From assembly GCA_050008515.1 (NCBI GenBank), contig JBEKMM010000004.1, positions 83,343 through 147,342 on the forward strand: DNA of 64,000 nucleotides, written 5' to 3'. Position numbers and translations under genes: made by a program. This stretch comes from Candidatus Limnocylindrales bacterium. GTDB lineage: Bacteria > Chloroflexota > Limnocylindria > Limnocylindrales > CSP1-4. Below the pieces are notes generated by a model. It worked only from the letters and a program-made list of their open reading frames with translations. It was not told the DNA's origin and searched no databases. The number at the start of each line of letters is the position of its first letter. The stretch's first letter is position 1. Shown piece after piece: positions 55,185 through 64,000 of the stretch.

Positions 55185-56617
55185 CGGGACGCGGTCTCCA
55201 CTGGCGGCAGCGGCGGGTCGGGCACGAGCAGCGGGTCCGCGACGAGTATGGCGCGCGCGGCGCCGACAAGGTAGAGGGAGCCGGCCACGATCACGGGGCC
55301 GGTTGCGGAGCCACTCCCCAGGGCAGCTTCCAGCGCGGCGCGAGGATCGGCGATGGCCTCGGGCCGCGTGGCCGCGCCCGGCGTCTCCACTCCCCGTTGA
55401 GCGGGCCCTCCCCGTTGAGCCGCCACGGCCGCCCAGTGCGCGGCAAGCTGCTCGGGCGGCATCGCCCGGCCGCCCGCCGGGGCCGTGCAGATGATTCGCG
55501 CCTCCCGCAGCAGCGCCGCTCCCGCCAGCGCACCCACCACTCCGTCCACGTCCTTGTCGGCCATGATCGCCAGCACGAGTGTCGGGCGGCCGGGCGCCAG
55601 GAACGGGGCGAGGTCGTCGAGCGCTTCGGCGAGGGTCGCGGCCCCGGCCGGGTTGTGGGCGCCGTCGAGCAGCACTTCGCGCCCCGCGACGTCGATCAGT
55701 TCCAGCCGCCCCGGCCAGCGGACTGCCGCGTAGCCGGCCCGCCTCGCCTGGTCGCCCACAGTGGCGATCCCCGCCGCCTCGAGCGCGTCCAGGGTGGCGT
55801 CGGCGACCGCCACGTTGGCCGCCTGGTGGCGCCCTCGAAGGGCCACGCGGACCCGTCCCAGCCGCCCGAGCTCGACCTCGATCCCGTCGCGGTCCAGGCC
55901 GCGCAGCGGCGCCGGCGGCGTCACGGTCAGTGGAGCCGCCACTCGCCGGCTTCGGCGCTCGATCACATCGAGCGCCCCACCCCAAGCTCCGGTCACCGCC
56001 AGATCGCCGCGCATGATGATCGCCGCCTTCTCGCGCGCGATCGCCTCGACCGTGTGACCGAGCCGGTCCGTGTGGTCGAGCGCGACGTTCGTGACCACCG
56101 CCACGCCTCCGTCCCAGGCGTGAGTGGCGTCGAGCCGCCCGCCGAGGCCGACCTCGACGACCGCCAGATCGATCCCGGCCTCGGCAAACCAGCGGAACGT
56201 GATCGCCGTCAGCAGCTCGAACTCCGTCGGCTCGCCGTGGCGCCGGGCAACCTCGTCGGCCAGCGCCAGCACCTCGCTCGCGATCCGGGCGAACGTCTCC
56301 GGATCCACCGGCACGCCGTCGATCTGGAGCCGCTCGCGATACGTGACCAGGTGCGGTTTGGGCGTCTCGCCCGTCCGGCATCCGGCGGCCTGCAGCGCCG
56401 CGCTGACAAGCGCCAGGACGCTGCCCTTCCCGTTCGTGCCCGCGATCAGCGCGCCGCGGAAGGACCGCTCCGGATGGCCGAGGGCCACAAGCAGGGCTCG
56501 CGTCCGCGAAAGCCCCAGGTGGATTCCGAATCGGCCGCGCGACTCGAGCGCGGCAAGGGCGTCAGGATAGCTAAGATCGGCGCCGCGATGCCCCTGGTTG
56601 GCCCGCGCCGGCTGCAT
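55181..56617 (-). CDS. folC: dihydrofolate synthase / folylpolyglutamate synthase
   Basis: Mur-ligase P-loop GTNGKGS and DGAHNPAG motif. Overlaps the folP start by 4 nt. Confidence 0.85.
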   Translation of the reverse strand: MQPARANQGHRGADLSYPDALAALESRGRFGIHLGLSRTRALLVALGHPERSFRGALIAGTNGKGSVLALVSAALQAAGCRTGETPKPHLVTYRERLQIDGVPVDPETFARIASEVLALADEVARRHGEPTEFELLTAITFRWFAEAGIDLAVVEVGLGGRLDATHAWDGGVAVVTNVALDHTDRLGHTVEAIAREKAAIIMRGDLAVTGAWGGALDVIERRSRRVAAPLTVTPPAPLRGLDRDGIEVELGRLGRVRVALRGRHQAANVAVADATLDALEAAGIATVGDQARRAGYAAVRWPGRLELIDVAGREVLLDGAHNPAGAATLAEALDDLAPFLAPGRPTLVLAIMADKDVDGVVGALAGAALLREARIICTAPAGGRAMPPEQLAAHWAAVAAQRGGPAQRGVETPGAATRPEAIADPRAALEAALGSGSATGPVIVAGSLYLVGAARAILVADPLLVPDPPLPPVETASR

Positions 56618-56664
56618 GGCATGGGCCCGCGCCGAGTTGCCCGAGCGCCCGATCCCGGTCGGCG

Positions 56665-57200
56665 TCAATCCTTCGTCAGCTCGTCTTCGTAGAAGACGCA
56701 CTGGTTGAACCTCGGCGTCAGGCAGACGTCGTTGACGTAGCCCTGCTCGAGGTGGACCCCGCCGCGCAGCTGGCAGCGCGAGACGTTCTGCTCCTGGCGG
56801 ATCAGGGCCTTGAGCAGATGCGGGGCCTGGATCGGGATCGCGCCGCGGCTGCCCGTCATGTAGAAATGGGGGCAGACGTTGCGGCGCAGGTTCGGCAGCC
56901 CGAAGCCGGTTCGGACGCCGGGCATCGATGCGTAACGGCTCGACTGTCCGCCATCCGCGTGAGTGATTATCGGCGGCGTCCGCGGCATCGGACGCAGGGC
57001 GATCCGGCCCGAAACCGGGAACGGGTTGGCGGGGTACGGGCCGGTGCGATCGGGAGCCCTCGTAGCCGAGCCGCTCAGGACCGGCACGACGCCGCCTCGC
57101 ACGGCCGAAGCCTGGCGTCCGGAGGGTCCGGCGTCAGAGGCGCGGGGCCGATCGGGCTTGGGGTTGCGAACCTCCACCAGTGAGCCTCGTACCGTAGCGG
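56665..57200 (-). CDS. hypothetical protein (boundaries uncertain)
   Basis: C-terminal about 150 aa of track ORF 56665..57726 have protein-like composition; the N-terminal part is low-complexity. No domain assigned. Confidence 0.3.
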
Positions 57201-57373
57201 ACATTCCTGCACGTCCGCTCTCTGCAGCAGAGTACATCCATCCACCCGCAACGCGCACGCCCGTCACACGGAGGACGGAATGGTCGTACCAGGGGGGTGT
57301 CGGTCGGGATGGCCCGAATAGAAGCGAGGAACCGCCGCGCCGGACGACACCCGAGTGATGCGACAATGGAGCC

Positions 57374-58579
57374 ATGCCGATGCGAGAACGGCGAGCGGCC
57401 CACGTTCGACCACTGCCCCCCTCGGGCGAGCGATTTCGGACGCACCAGATCCGGGCCTCTGCGCCGCCACCGGAGCTGATCCGCCGGTACCGGCCGATCC
57501 GGACGAACAAGGGGGTCCCGGCCCCACTCGGCATCGGCGCAATTGCCGTGTTCCTCGTCCTCGGCGTCGCGATGCTGATCGTGGGCGGCAACATCCTGGT
57601 GAACGTCGTGGGCCAGCTCGCGCACGCGTTCGACAGCGCGATCTCGCAGGTCTCGTCCATGCCGCCGGCCACCATGGCGCCCTCGGGCGTGGCCCTCGAC
57701 ACTCCGGTCCTCGACGCGCCCGACAACGGCGGCTACACGAACCACGCGACGGTGTCGCTGTCGGGCAGCGTCCCGGGCGCGGCCATCGGCAAGAGCGGCT
57801 ACAAGGTCCGGGTCTACGCCATCGCCTCGAACGGGACCCGCAGCCAGGTCGCCGAGATCGAGGTTGGCGCAACGACTCACTTCACCACGGCTGCCCTCAC
57901 GCTCGTCGAGGGCTCGAATACCTTCGCGGCGGCGCTGGTTACTCCGAGCACCGAGGGCCAACCGTCGCCGGAGGTCGTCTACATCCTGGACACCGCGCCG
58001 CCGGTGATGTCGGTCACCTCGCCGGTGGACGGCAGCTCCCAGTCGGGCAGCTCGGTCGTCGTTTCGGGCAAGAGCGACCCGGACTCGACGGTCACGGTCC
58101 GCAACAGGCAGGCGCCCGGCGGCGGGCTCAGCAGCAAGGTCGTCGGCCAGGACGGTCGGTTCGCGATCACGGTGGGCCTGGTCGCGGGCTCGAACTCGAT
58201 CCAGGTGACCGCCACAGATCGGGCCGGCAACGTGACCACGGACCAGCTGACGGTCAAGCGGTCGTACGGCAAGCTGGCGGCGCACCTTGCCGTTGCGCCG
58301 GCCACGTTCAAGGCCAGCGGTCCCACGACGCTCAAGCTGACGACCCACGCCACCTCCGCGAACGGCGGCCCGCTGGCCGGGGCGAAGGTCGTCTTCACGG
58401 TCACCGTGCAGGGGCTCGGGCCGATCGTCTCGCCCGAGCTGACGACGGATCAGACGGGGACCGCGACCTGGAAGGTGACCGTCTCGGGGGCGACGCCGGG
58501 AATCGGCGCGGCCACCGCGCTCGTCACGACGAGCGACGGCGACCAGGTGTCCGCCACCACGCGCCTGACGACAACCTGA
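57374..58579 (+). CDS. membrane-anchored surface protein with Ig-like (bacterial Ig/invasin-like) repeats
   Basis: Single N-terminal TM (GAIAVFLVLGVAMLIVGG) followed by beta-rich Thr/Ser/Val repeats resembling Big/Ig-like domains. Confidence 0.55.
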   Translation: MPMRERRAAHVRPLPPSGERFRTHQIRASAPPPELIRRYRPIRTNKGVPAPLGIGAIAVFLVLGVAMLIVGGNILVNVVGQLAHAFDSAISQVSSMPPATMAPSGVALDTPVLDAPDNGGYTNHATVSLSGSVPGAAIGKSGYKVRVYAIASNGTRSQVAEIEVGATTHFTTAALTLVEGSNTFAAALVTPSTEGQPSPEVVYILDTAPPVMSVTSPVDGSSQSGSSVVVSGKSDPDSTVTVRNRQAPGGGLSSKVVGQDGRFAITVGLVAGSNSIQVTATDRAGNVTTDQLTVKRSYGKLAAHLAVAPATFKASGPTTLKLTTHATSANGGPLAGAKVVFTVTVQGLGPIVSPELTTDQTGTATWKVTVSGATPGIGAATALVTTSDGDQVSATTRLTTT

Positions 58580-58585
58580 TCCGGG

Positions 58586-60451
58586 TTACGCGGTCGGGCT
58601 CGGGGTGGGGGTTGGTGTCGGGGTCGGGGTTGGTGTGGGCGTGGGCGTCGGGGTGGGTGTGGGCGTCGGGGTGGGTGTGGGCGTCGGGGTGGGCGTGGGC
58701 GTCGGCTCGGGCCCCAACGAGACGACGTAGTCGACGGTCGAGTCCTTCAGGACGGTCAGACCCCTCTTGGGGTTGCTGCTGATGATCTGACCCTCGGGAA
58801 CTGTGGGGTCGTAGGCCTCAGTGCGATCGCCCGGTTGCAGGCCCGCCGACGTGAGGGCTTTGGTGGCCTCGCTTTCGATCAGATTCCGGATATCCGGGAC
58901 GACGACCTGCGCCGTTCCGGTGACGACCGTGACGTAGATCGTGTCGCCCTTGTTCATGGCGTTTCCGGCCGGCGGGACCTGGGACAGGATCGTCTTGTCG
59001 TCGTGGGTGCCGTCGTTGGGCTTGGTGTCGGAAATTGAGATCTGCAGTCCATAGGATTGGGCGGTCTGCTGGGCATCGCTGAAGGTGAGGCCCACCAGAC
59101 TCGGGGAGTACACCGTCGAGCCGGACGGCGAGTTCCGGCTGATCATCAGGTAGATCGTCAGACCGAGGAGCGTCACCAGGAAGAGAGCCAGGAAGCCCGC
59201 CACCCAGGCCCAGGTGCTGACCGGCTCCGTGTCTTCATCGGGCAGCTCGGACTCCGTCTCGACCGGATTGATCCGGCGGGTGACCCGATGGGCGATGCCG
59301 TCGGGCGAGTAGCCGCTCTGGTCGCCGGACCCGGCGGCGTAGTCATCCTGCACCGGGGGCCGGGTCGCGTAGGCGTCGGTAGAGTAGGTGACGCGGGCGG
59401 TCGGGTTGGGGCGTCGGACCAGCGGCGCCGTAGGCGGGACCGGCGGAACAACGGGCGGGACCACGGGCGGCACCGGCGGTGGTGCCACGACGCGCACGAC
59501 GGGAGCGGGGGGCGTCACCGGCCTGGCGTATCGCTCCGGCTCGGGCTCGGGCTCGGGCGCCAGATGAGCCCCCGGCTCGGTCTCCGCCTCCGCCTCGTCC
59601 ACGACGGGAGCCGCCGCAAGCTGGGCATCGAGCCGCGCGATCAGGGCCTCCAGCGCGTCCGCAAGCGCCCCGGCCGAGTCGTATCGCCTCGGGGGCTCGG
59701 CCGCCATCGCCTTGCGGACGATCGCCTCGAACTCGTCGGGAACGCCGCCCTGGAAGTCGGACGGGGATGGGTTGGGGTCCGCCAGACGAGCCTTCGCCAC
59801 CGCATCTGCCGTCTTGCCGTCCCACGGGCCACGGCCGGTCAGCAGCTCGAAGAGCAGAACGCCCAGGGCGTATGTGTCCGACGCGTCGGTGGCACGCCGA
59901 CCTCTCGCCTGCTCGGGGCTCTGGTACCACGCCTCCTGGACGGAGAGCGCCGGTCGCAGCAACGACTCGGCCAGGGCGCGGACGAGACCGAGATCCGCCA
60001 CCTTGATCTGGCCGTCACGGGTGACGATGACGCTGCCGGACGTCAGGCCGCCGTGGACGATGCCGCGCTCGTGAGCCGCAGCCAGCGCCGTCGCCACCAC
60101 GCTCGTGACGCTGGCGGCGCGGCGCGGCGGAACGGCGCCGTTGCGCGCCAGGAGCGAGCCCAGCTCCTGGCCGTCGATGAACTCGGTGGCAATGTAGACG
60201 TCGGAGGCATCCGCCCCGAAGTCGTGGATGGCGACGATGTTGGGGTGGTCCAGACCGGCCGCGGCTCGCATCGCAAGGCGGAAGTCGGCTACGAAGTCCG
60301 CGTCGGTGCCGAGTTCGGGGCTCAGCACCCTAACGGCGACGACGCCGCCACTCTGGGAATCGATGGCCCGGAAGACAGTCGAGATTGCATCTTCGCCACG
60401 CAGCTCCATGAGCCGGTAGCGCCCTGCGATCACCTGTCCGATCTCGGCCAC
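58586..60451 (-). CDS. PASTA-domain Ser/Thr protein kinase homolog lacking catalytic residues (pseudokinase) with (PT)n tail
   Basis: Kinase fold retained (SPEQARG, activation segment), but VAVK is VAVR, HRD is HGG and DFG is DLG, and the glycine loop is degenerate. TM helix, extracellular PASTA repeats, then C-terminal PTPTPT... x15. Confidence 0.8.
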   Translation of the reverse strand: MAEIGQVIAGRYRLMELRGEDAISTVFRAIDSQSGGVVAVRVLSPELGTDADFVADFRLAMRAAAGLDHPNIVAIHDFGADASDVYIATEFIDGQELGSLLARNGAVPPRRAASVTSVVATALAAAHERGIVHGGLTSGSVIVTRDGQIKVADLGLVRALAESLLRPALSVQEAWYQSPEQARGRRATDASDTYALGVLLFELLTGRGPWDGKTADAVAKARLADPNPSPSDFQGGVPDEFEAIVRKAMAAEPPRRYDSAGALADALEALIARLDAQLAAAPVVDEAEAETEPGAHLAPEPEPEPERYARPVTPPAPVVRVVAPPPVPPVVPPVVPPVPPTAPLVRRPNPTARVTYSTDAYATRPPVQDDYAAGSGDQSGYSPDGIAHRVTRRINPVETESELPDEDTEPVSTWAWVAGFLALFLVTLLGLTIYLMISRNSPSGSTVYSPSLVGLTFSDAQQTAQSYGLQISISDTKPNDGTHDDKTILSQVPPAGNAMNKGDTIYVTVVTGTAQVVVPDIRNLIESEATKALTSAGLQPGDRTEAYDPTVPEGQIISSNPKRGLTVLKDSTVDYVVSLGPEPTPTPTPTPTPTPTPTPTPTPTPTPTPTPTPTPTPSPTA

Positions 60452-60536
60452 AAGAGTTCCTCAGAATGCCGGCGCCACCTGCGCCGGAGCTTGATCGATG
60501 CCATCGGCCGGCGCTGAGCCGGTCCGTTGGGGCGGG

Positions 60537-61415
60537 TTAGCTCAGGTCGAGCCCCTGCAAGTATCGCCTGAACTCGCCGCCGATGTCCTGACGCTGCATT
60601 GCCAGCTCGACTGACGCCTTCAGCCAGCCCATTGTGGTGCCGGCGTCGTAGCGCTTGCCCTCGAACGCGTACCCGTAGACATCCTGCTCTTGCATCAAGG
60701 CTTCGATTGCGTCAGTCAGCTGGATCTCTCCGCCGGCGCCGCGAGGCGTTTGCTCCAGCTTGTCGAAGATCTTGGGCGTCAGGATGTAACGGCCGACGAT
60801 CGCGAGATTGGATGGTGCGTCAGCCGGGTCGGGCTTCTCGACGAGGCCCGAGACCTTGTAGAGGCGGGGGTCCATACCGCCGTCGGCGAGATGGCCGTCG
60901 ATGATGCCGTAGCGGCAGGTCTCCTCGTGCGGCACTTCGGTGACGGCCACCACCGACCCGTGGGTCTGCTGATAGGCGTGGATCAGCTGCCCGATGCAGG
61001 GCCGCTCGCCCACCACCACATCATCCGAGAGGATCACCGCAAACGGCTCGTGGCCGACGAGCTCCTTGGTGACGAGCACCGCGTGGCCCAGGCCGAGCTG
61101 CTCCTTCTGGCGAACGTACGAGATCTGGGCCAGGTCCGAGATCGCTCGTATCTGTCGCAGCATCTCGATGTCGCCGCGCGACTCCAAGAGTTGCTCGAGC
61201 TCCAGGTTCAGGTCGAAATGGTCTTCGATCGCGCGCTTCTGGCTGCTGGTGACGATGATGACCTGCTCGATGCCGGCCGCGACCGCCTCCTCGACGGCGT
61301 ACTGGATGACCGGCTTGTCAACGAGCGGGAGCATCTCCTTGGGCTGCGCCTTGGTGGCCGGGAGGAAGCGCGTTCCCCAGCCCGCAGCGGGAAAGACCGC
61401 CTTGCGTACTCGCAT
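60537..61415 (-). CDS. galU: UTP--glucose-1-phosphate uridylyltransferase
   Basis: MRVRKAVFPAAGWGTRFLPATKAQPKEMLPLVDKPVIQY canonical GalU N-terminus. Confidence 0.9.
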   Translation of the reverse strand: MRVRKAVFPAAGWGTRFLPATKAQPKEMLPLVDKPVIQYAVEEAVAAGIEQVIIVTSSQKRAIEDHFDLNLELEQLLESRGDIEMLRQIRAISDLAQISYVRQKEQLGLGHAVLVTKELVGHEPFAVILSDDVVVGERPCIGQLIHAYQQTHGSVVAVTEVPHEETCRYGIIDGHLADGGMDPRLYKVSGLVEKPDPADAPSNLAIVGRYILTPKIFDKLEQTPRGAGGEIQLTDAIEALMQEQDVYGYAFEGKRYDAGTTMGWLKASVELAMQRQDIGGEFRRYLQGLDLS

Positions 61416-61421
61416 CTGCCC

Positions 61422-61799
61422 TCAGCTTCGATCGGCCGCCAGGGCGGCCGGGTCCACGAACTCGTGGTCGTCGCGATGAAGGCCGTCGCACAACCCCAAC
61501 CGGCGCGGCTCGACGGGCAGCCAGACCGGTCTCATGATCTCGCGAACCTGGGAGCGACGGCAGAAGAGCAGCCCGCGCCCCGACATCCAGGTCAGCACGT
61601 GGCTCGGCTCGCTGTGGAACTCGAACGGGCCGGGGTTCAGGCTGGCGGTCTCCGCCCAGGATACGGGCGCCTCGGGCGCCACGACATCCAGGATGCTGAT
61701 GCGCCAGGGCATTCCTTCGACGATCTTGCCGCAGCCGGCACACCGGGCGGCGACGTTTTCGGTGACGATCGTGGGGATGCGGACGCCGTAGAGTTCCAT
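61422..61799 (-). CDS. hypothetical protein (125 aa)
   Basis: MELYGVRIPTIV... start at 61797-61799. The longer track ORF 61422..62015 runs into the repeat element. Confidence 0.4.
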   Translation of the reverse strand: MELYGVRIPTIVTENVAARCAGCGKIVEGMPWRISILDVVAPEAPVSWAETASLNPGPFEFHSEPSHVLTWMSGRGLLFCRRSQVREIMRPVWLPVEPRRLGLCDGLHRDDHEFVDPAALAADRS

Positions 61800-61856
61800 C
61801 TGTTCCGGATCGTAGCAGGTCGGTTGAAGATGGTCCGGCACGTGGAGCGAGACGAA

Positions 61857-62010
61857 CCCGGATCCACCGGTCACGCGCCGCAGATCGCCGGGCCGACGAG
61901 CGCAGGCCAAGGCGGCGACGAGCATCGGAGCGAGCGCACCTGGAGGTGCGTGAGCGAGAAGCGCAGGAGCCAACGGAGCGAGATGCAAGCGGCGATCCGG
62001 TGGATCCGGG
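61857..62010 (+). repeat. intergenic structured repeat element, copy C
   Basis: Homologous to copies A and B. Terminal stem cccggatccaccgg/ccggtggatccggg (perfect). Internal hairpin cgcacc-tgga-ggtgcg. Confidence 0.7.
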
Positions 62011-62258
62011 TTCAATGGAAGAGGACGAGCTTTCGCCTGCCGAGGCGGCCCGGGAGAAGAGGCGCGACCGCGATGCGGAGGCGCGGGCGCGGGCCGGCAT
62101 GCGCACCGGTCTGGCGAAGCAGTTCAAGCAGGTGCTCGACGTGCAGCGACAGCGCGCCGAAGAGGTGGAGCTGCGCCAGGAGGAGTCCGCGGCGGAGCCC
62201 GGGGCCCACGGCGCGCCCAAGGGGAGACGGCGCAAGCCCTAGGAGCCGGCCCCGTGGC

Positions 62259-63989
62259 TCAATTCATCGTGAAGTAGCCCGAGACGTCGAATACCACGTC
62301 GGCACGAGCCACGGTCATGGCCACGAACGTGACCCACAGGCCGCCGTCGGTACCGATCGGAACCGTGACCGCGTTTGCTCGGGTGTCGCCTTTGGGGAAG
62401 TTGAGGGTCGAGGTGTCGGGCACTCCACCCGGATCTTCGGGCGTCAGGGCGAAGAACCCGGCTGCGCCCTCGCCCACCGCCGTCAGGTTGCCCGTTACGC
62501 CGACCGCGCCCGCCGGAACGTTGAGCGCCGGGTCGGTCGATTGGCCCGTCACCGCGAACTCCTTCTGCACCAGGCAGAGCAGTGACGCCGACAGTCCCAG
62601 ACGCGTGCCCTTGCGCGAGTCGACCAGCCGGTTCGGAGTCAGGGCTACGTAGGTTGCGCCGGTCGTGTCCGGGACGAAGTAGCCGGTGACGTCGAAGAGC
62701 ACGTCCGCGTGCGCGCCCGCTGAGCCCGCGAAGTAGACCCACAGGACGCCGCCGGTGCCGAGGGGAACGGTCACGCCGTTGGCTCTGACGTCGCCCTTGG
62801 GGAAGTTGATGGTCGATGTCGGCGGCTGGCCGACCGGCCTGACCGGGGTCAGAGCGAAGAGACCGCCGGAGCTCTCGTTCACGGCGGTGAGGTTGCCTAC
62901 GACCGCGACCGCTTCCGCCGGGACGTTGAGCGCCACGTCAGCCGATTGACCGGTCACGTGGAAGCTCGCCGAGGTGCCGGCGGTCAGCGACTTCGACATG
63001 CCGAGCCAAGTGGGGCGACGCGAGTCCAGCACCCGATTCGGCGTGAGCGGCTTGTACGTGGCACCGCTCGTGTTGCCGACGAAGTAGCCCGTGACGTCGA
63101 AGACGACATCCGCCTTCCTGCCGGAGACGCTGACATATGTGATCCACAGCTTTCCGCCCGCCCTCAGCGGAACGGTCACGGCGTTGGCCCTGACGTCGCC
63201 CTTGGGGAAGTTGAGCGTCGAAGTATCGGGCACTCCGCCGGGGTCGTCCGGGGTCAGCGCGAAGAACCCGGCGGCATCCTCGTTCACGGCGGTCAGGTTG
63301 CCCGTGACTGCCACGGCACCCGTCGGTATGTTCTTCGCCGGATCGGCGGAGCGGCCCGTGGCCTGGAACCAGACCGGGACCTTGTTGCTCAACGACGCCT
63401 TGAGCCCCAGGGGCACGCGGGAGTCCACCAGCCGGTTCGGAGTGACGGTCACGTACGTGGCCCCGGCGAGCGGCATCGCGGCGGGCGAGGCAGCGGAGGG
63501 GTCGCTCGTCCCCGCAACGTTGGTGGCCGTCACCGTGAAGGTGTACCAGGACCGGTTCGTCAGCCCCGTGACGGTGCAGGAGCGCGCCCCCGTGGTGTGG
63601 CACGGCACGCCGCCGGGCGAGGGGATCACGTCGTACCGAGTCACGGGGCTGCCGCCGTCGAATGGCGGAGCGCTCCACGAGACCAGGGCGTAGCCGTTGG
63701 AGGCGAGGGCTTTGACGTTCACCGGGGCGTCCGGTTTGGTCCGCGGCGTGGCCGCAGGTGACGGGTCGGACGGCAGCCCAGGACCCAGAGAATTGGTCGC
63801 GGTGACTTTGAACGTGTATGCCACGCCGTTGGTCAGGCCGGTCACGGTGCAGCCGATGGTGACGCCGTTGCTGCACGTCTTGCCGCCCGGCGACGCCGTG
63901 ACGGTGTAGCTGGTGATCGGGCTCGAGCCGTGATCGGCTGGGGCGGTCCAGGTCACCGCGACGGTGGTGTTGTCAGGCGTGCCCAACAC
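62259..63989 (-). CDS. surface protein with two FN3-like domains and three tandem about 140-aa repeats of an unrecognised domain; N-terminus outside window
   Basis: FN3-like segments (SPITSYTVTASPGG...YTFKVTATN). Then three copies of LTPNRLxDSR...FxVTGQSxDxALNVPAxAVAVxGNLTAVNE...NFPKGDxRANxVTVPL...ADVxFDVTGYF. The ORF is open to the window end. Confidence 0.6.
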   Translation of the reverse strand: MLGTPDNTTVAVTWTAPADHGSSPITSYTVTASPGGKTCSNGVTIGCTVTGLTNGVAYTFKVTATNSLGPGLPSDPSPAATPRTKPDAPVNVKALASNGYALVSWSAPPFDGGSPVTRYDVIPSPGGVPCHTTGARSCTVTGLTNRSWYTFTVTATNVAGTSDPSAASPAAMPLAGATYVTVTPNRLVDSRVPLGLKASLSNKVPVWFQATGRSADPAKNIPTGAVAVTGNLTAVNEDAAGFFALTPDDPGGVPDTSTLNFPKGDVRANAVTVPLRAGGKLWITYVSVSGRKADVVFDVTGYFVGNTSGATYKPLTPNRVLDSRRPTWLGMSKSLTAGTSASFHVTGQSADVALNVPAEAVAVVGNLTAVNESSGGLFALTPVRPVGQPPTSTINFPKGDVRANGVTVPLGTGGVLWVYFAGSAGAHADVLFDVTGYFVPDTTGATYVALTPNRLVDSRKGTRLGLSASLLCLVQKEFAVTGQSTDPALNVPAGAVGVTGNLTAVGEGAAGFFALTPEDPGGVPDTSTLNFPKGDTRANAVTVPIGTDGGLWVTFVAMTVARADVVFDVSGYFTMN

Positions 63990-64000
63990 GGCGGTTGGCC

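Noticed and set aside
55185-56381. Upstream part of the 697-aa ORF 54288..56381 beyond folP
   Set aside because: It overlaps folC (Mur-ligase motifs) in a different frame. Only the C-terminal 298 aa look like FolP.

Overview
High-GC (about 70%) bacterial chromosomal window, gene-dense and coded on both strands. Gene content suggests an Actinobacteria- or Chloroflexi-like organism: Pro/Thr-rich linkers, an F420-type Ddn-like reductase, PASTA domains and LigD modules. Recognisable content: a LacI-controlled alpha-glucoside utilisation operon (GH13 alpha-glucosidase plus a sugar ABC transporter); MFS and ABC-2 exporters with TetR and MarR regulators; a tRNA-Thr(CGU); a TPM-domain coiled-coil membrane protein next to PspA; a large CheB-CheR-PAS-histidine kinase fusion with a LuxR-type response regulator; an OmpR/HK/HtrA envelope-stress module; folC-folP-folB; galU; ribosomal protein L25/Ctc; a standalone LigD polymerase domain and an ATP-dependent DNA ligase; and several surface or secreted proteins with Kelch, PD40, Ig-like and FN3 domains. 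The strongest candidate for a novel system is at about 39.1-43.5 kb: a solitary [NiFe]-hydrogenase large-subunit homolog with intact Ni-binding Cys motifs and no adjacent small subunit, a HycI-type maturation protease, and two paralogous polytopic membrane proteins of unknown family placed one after each component. Other notable points: a roughly 170-nt structured intergenic repeat present in three copies with a covarying closing stem and a conserved hairpin; a lower-GC single-gene island encoding a protein with an R-x4-H (HEPN-like) motif; a catalytically dead PASTA pseudokinase; three genes with apparent frameshifts or stops (PD40 lipoprotein, GT4 glycosyltransferase, YceI); and two unannotated small membrane-peptide ORFs. 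Many long ORFs in the six-frame track are antisense artefacts of the high GC content and were rejected.
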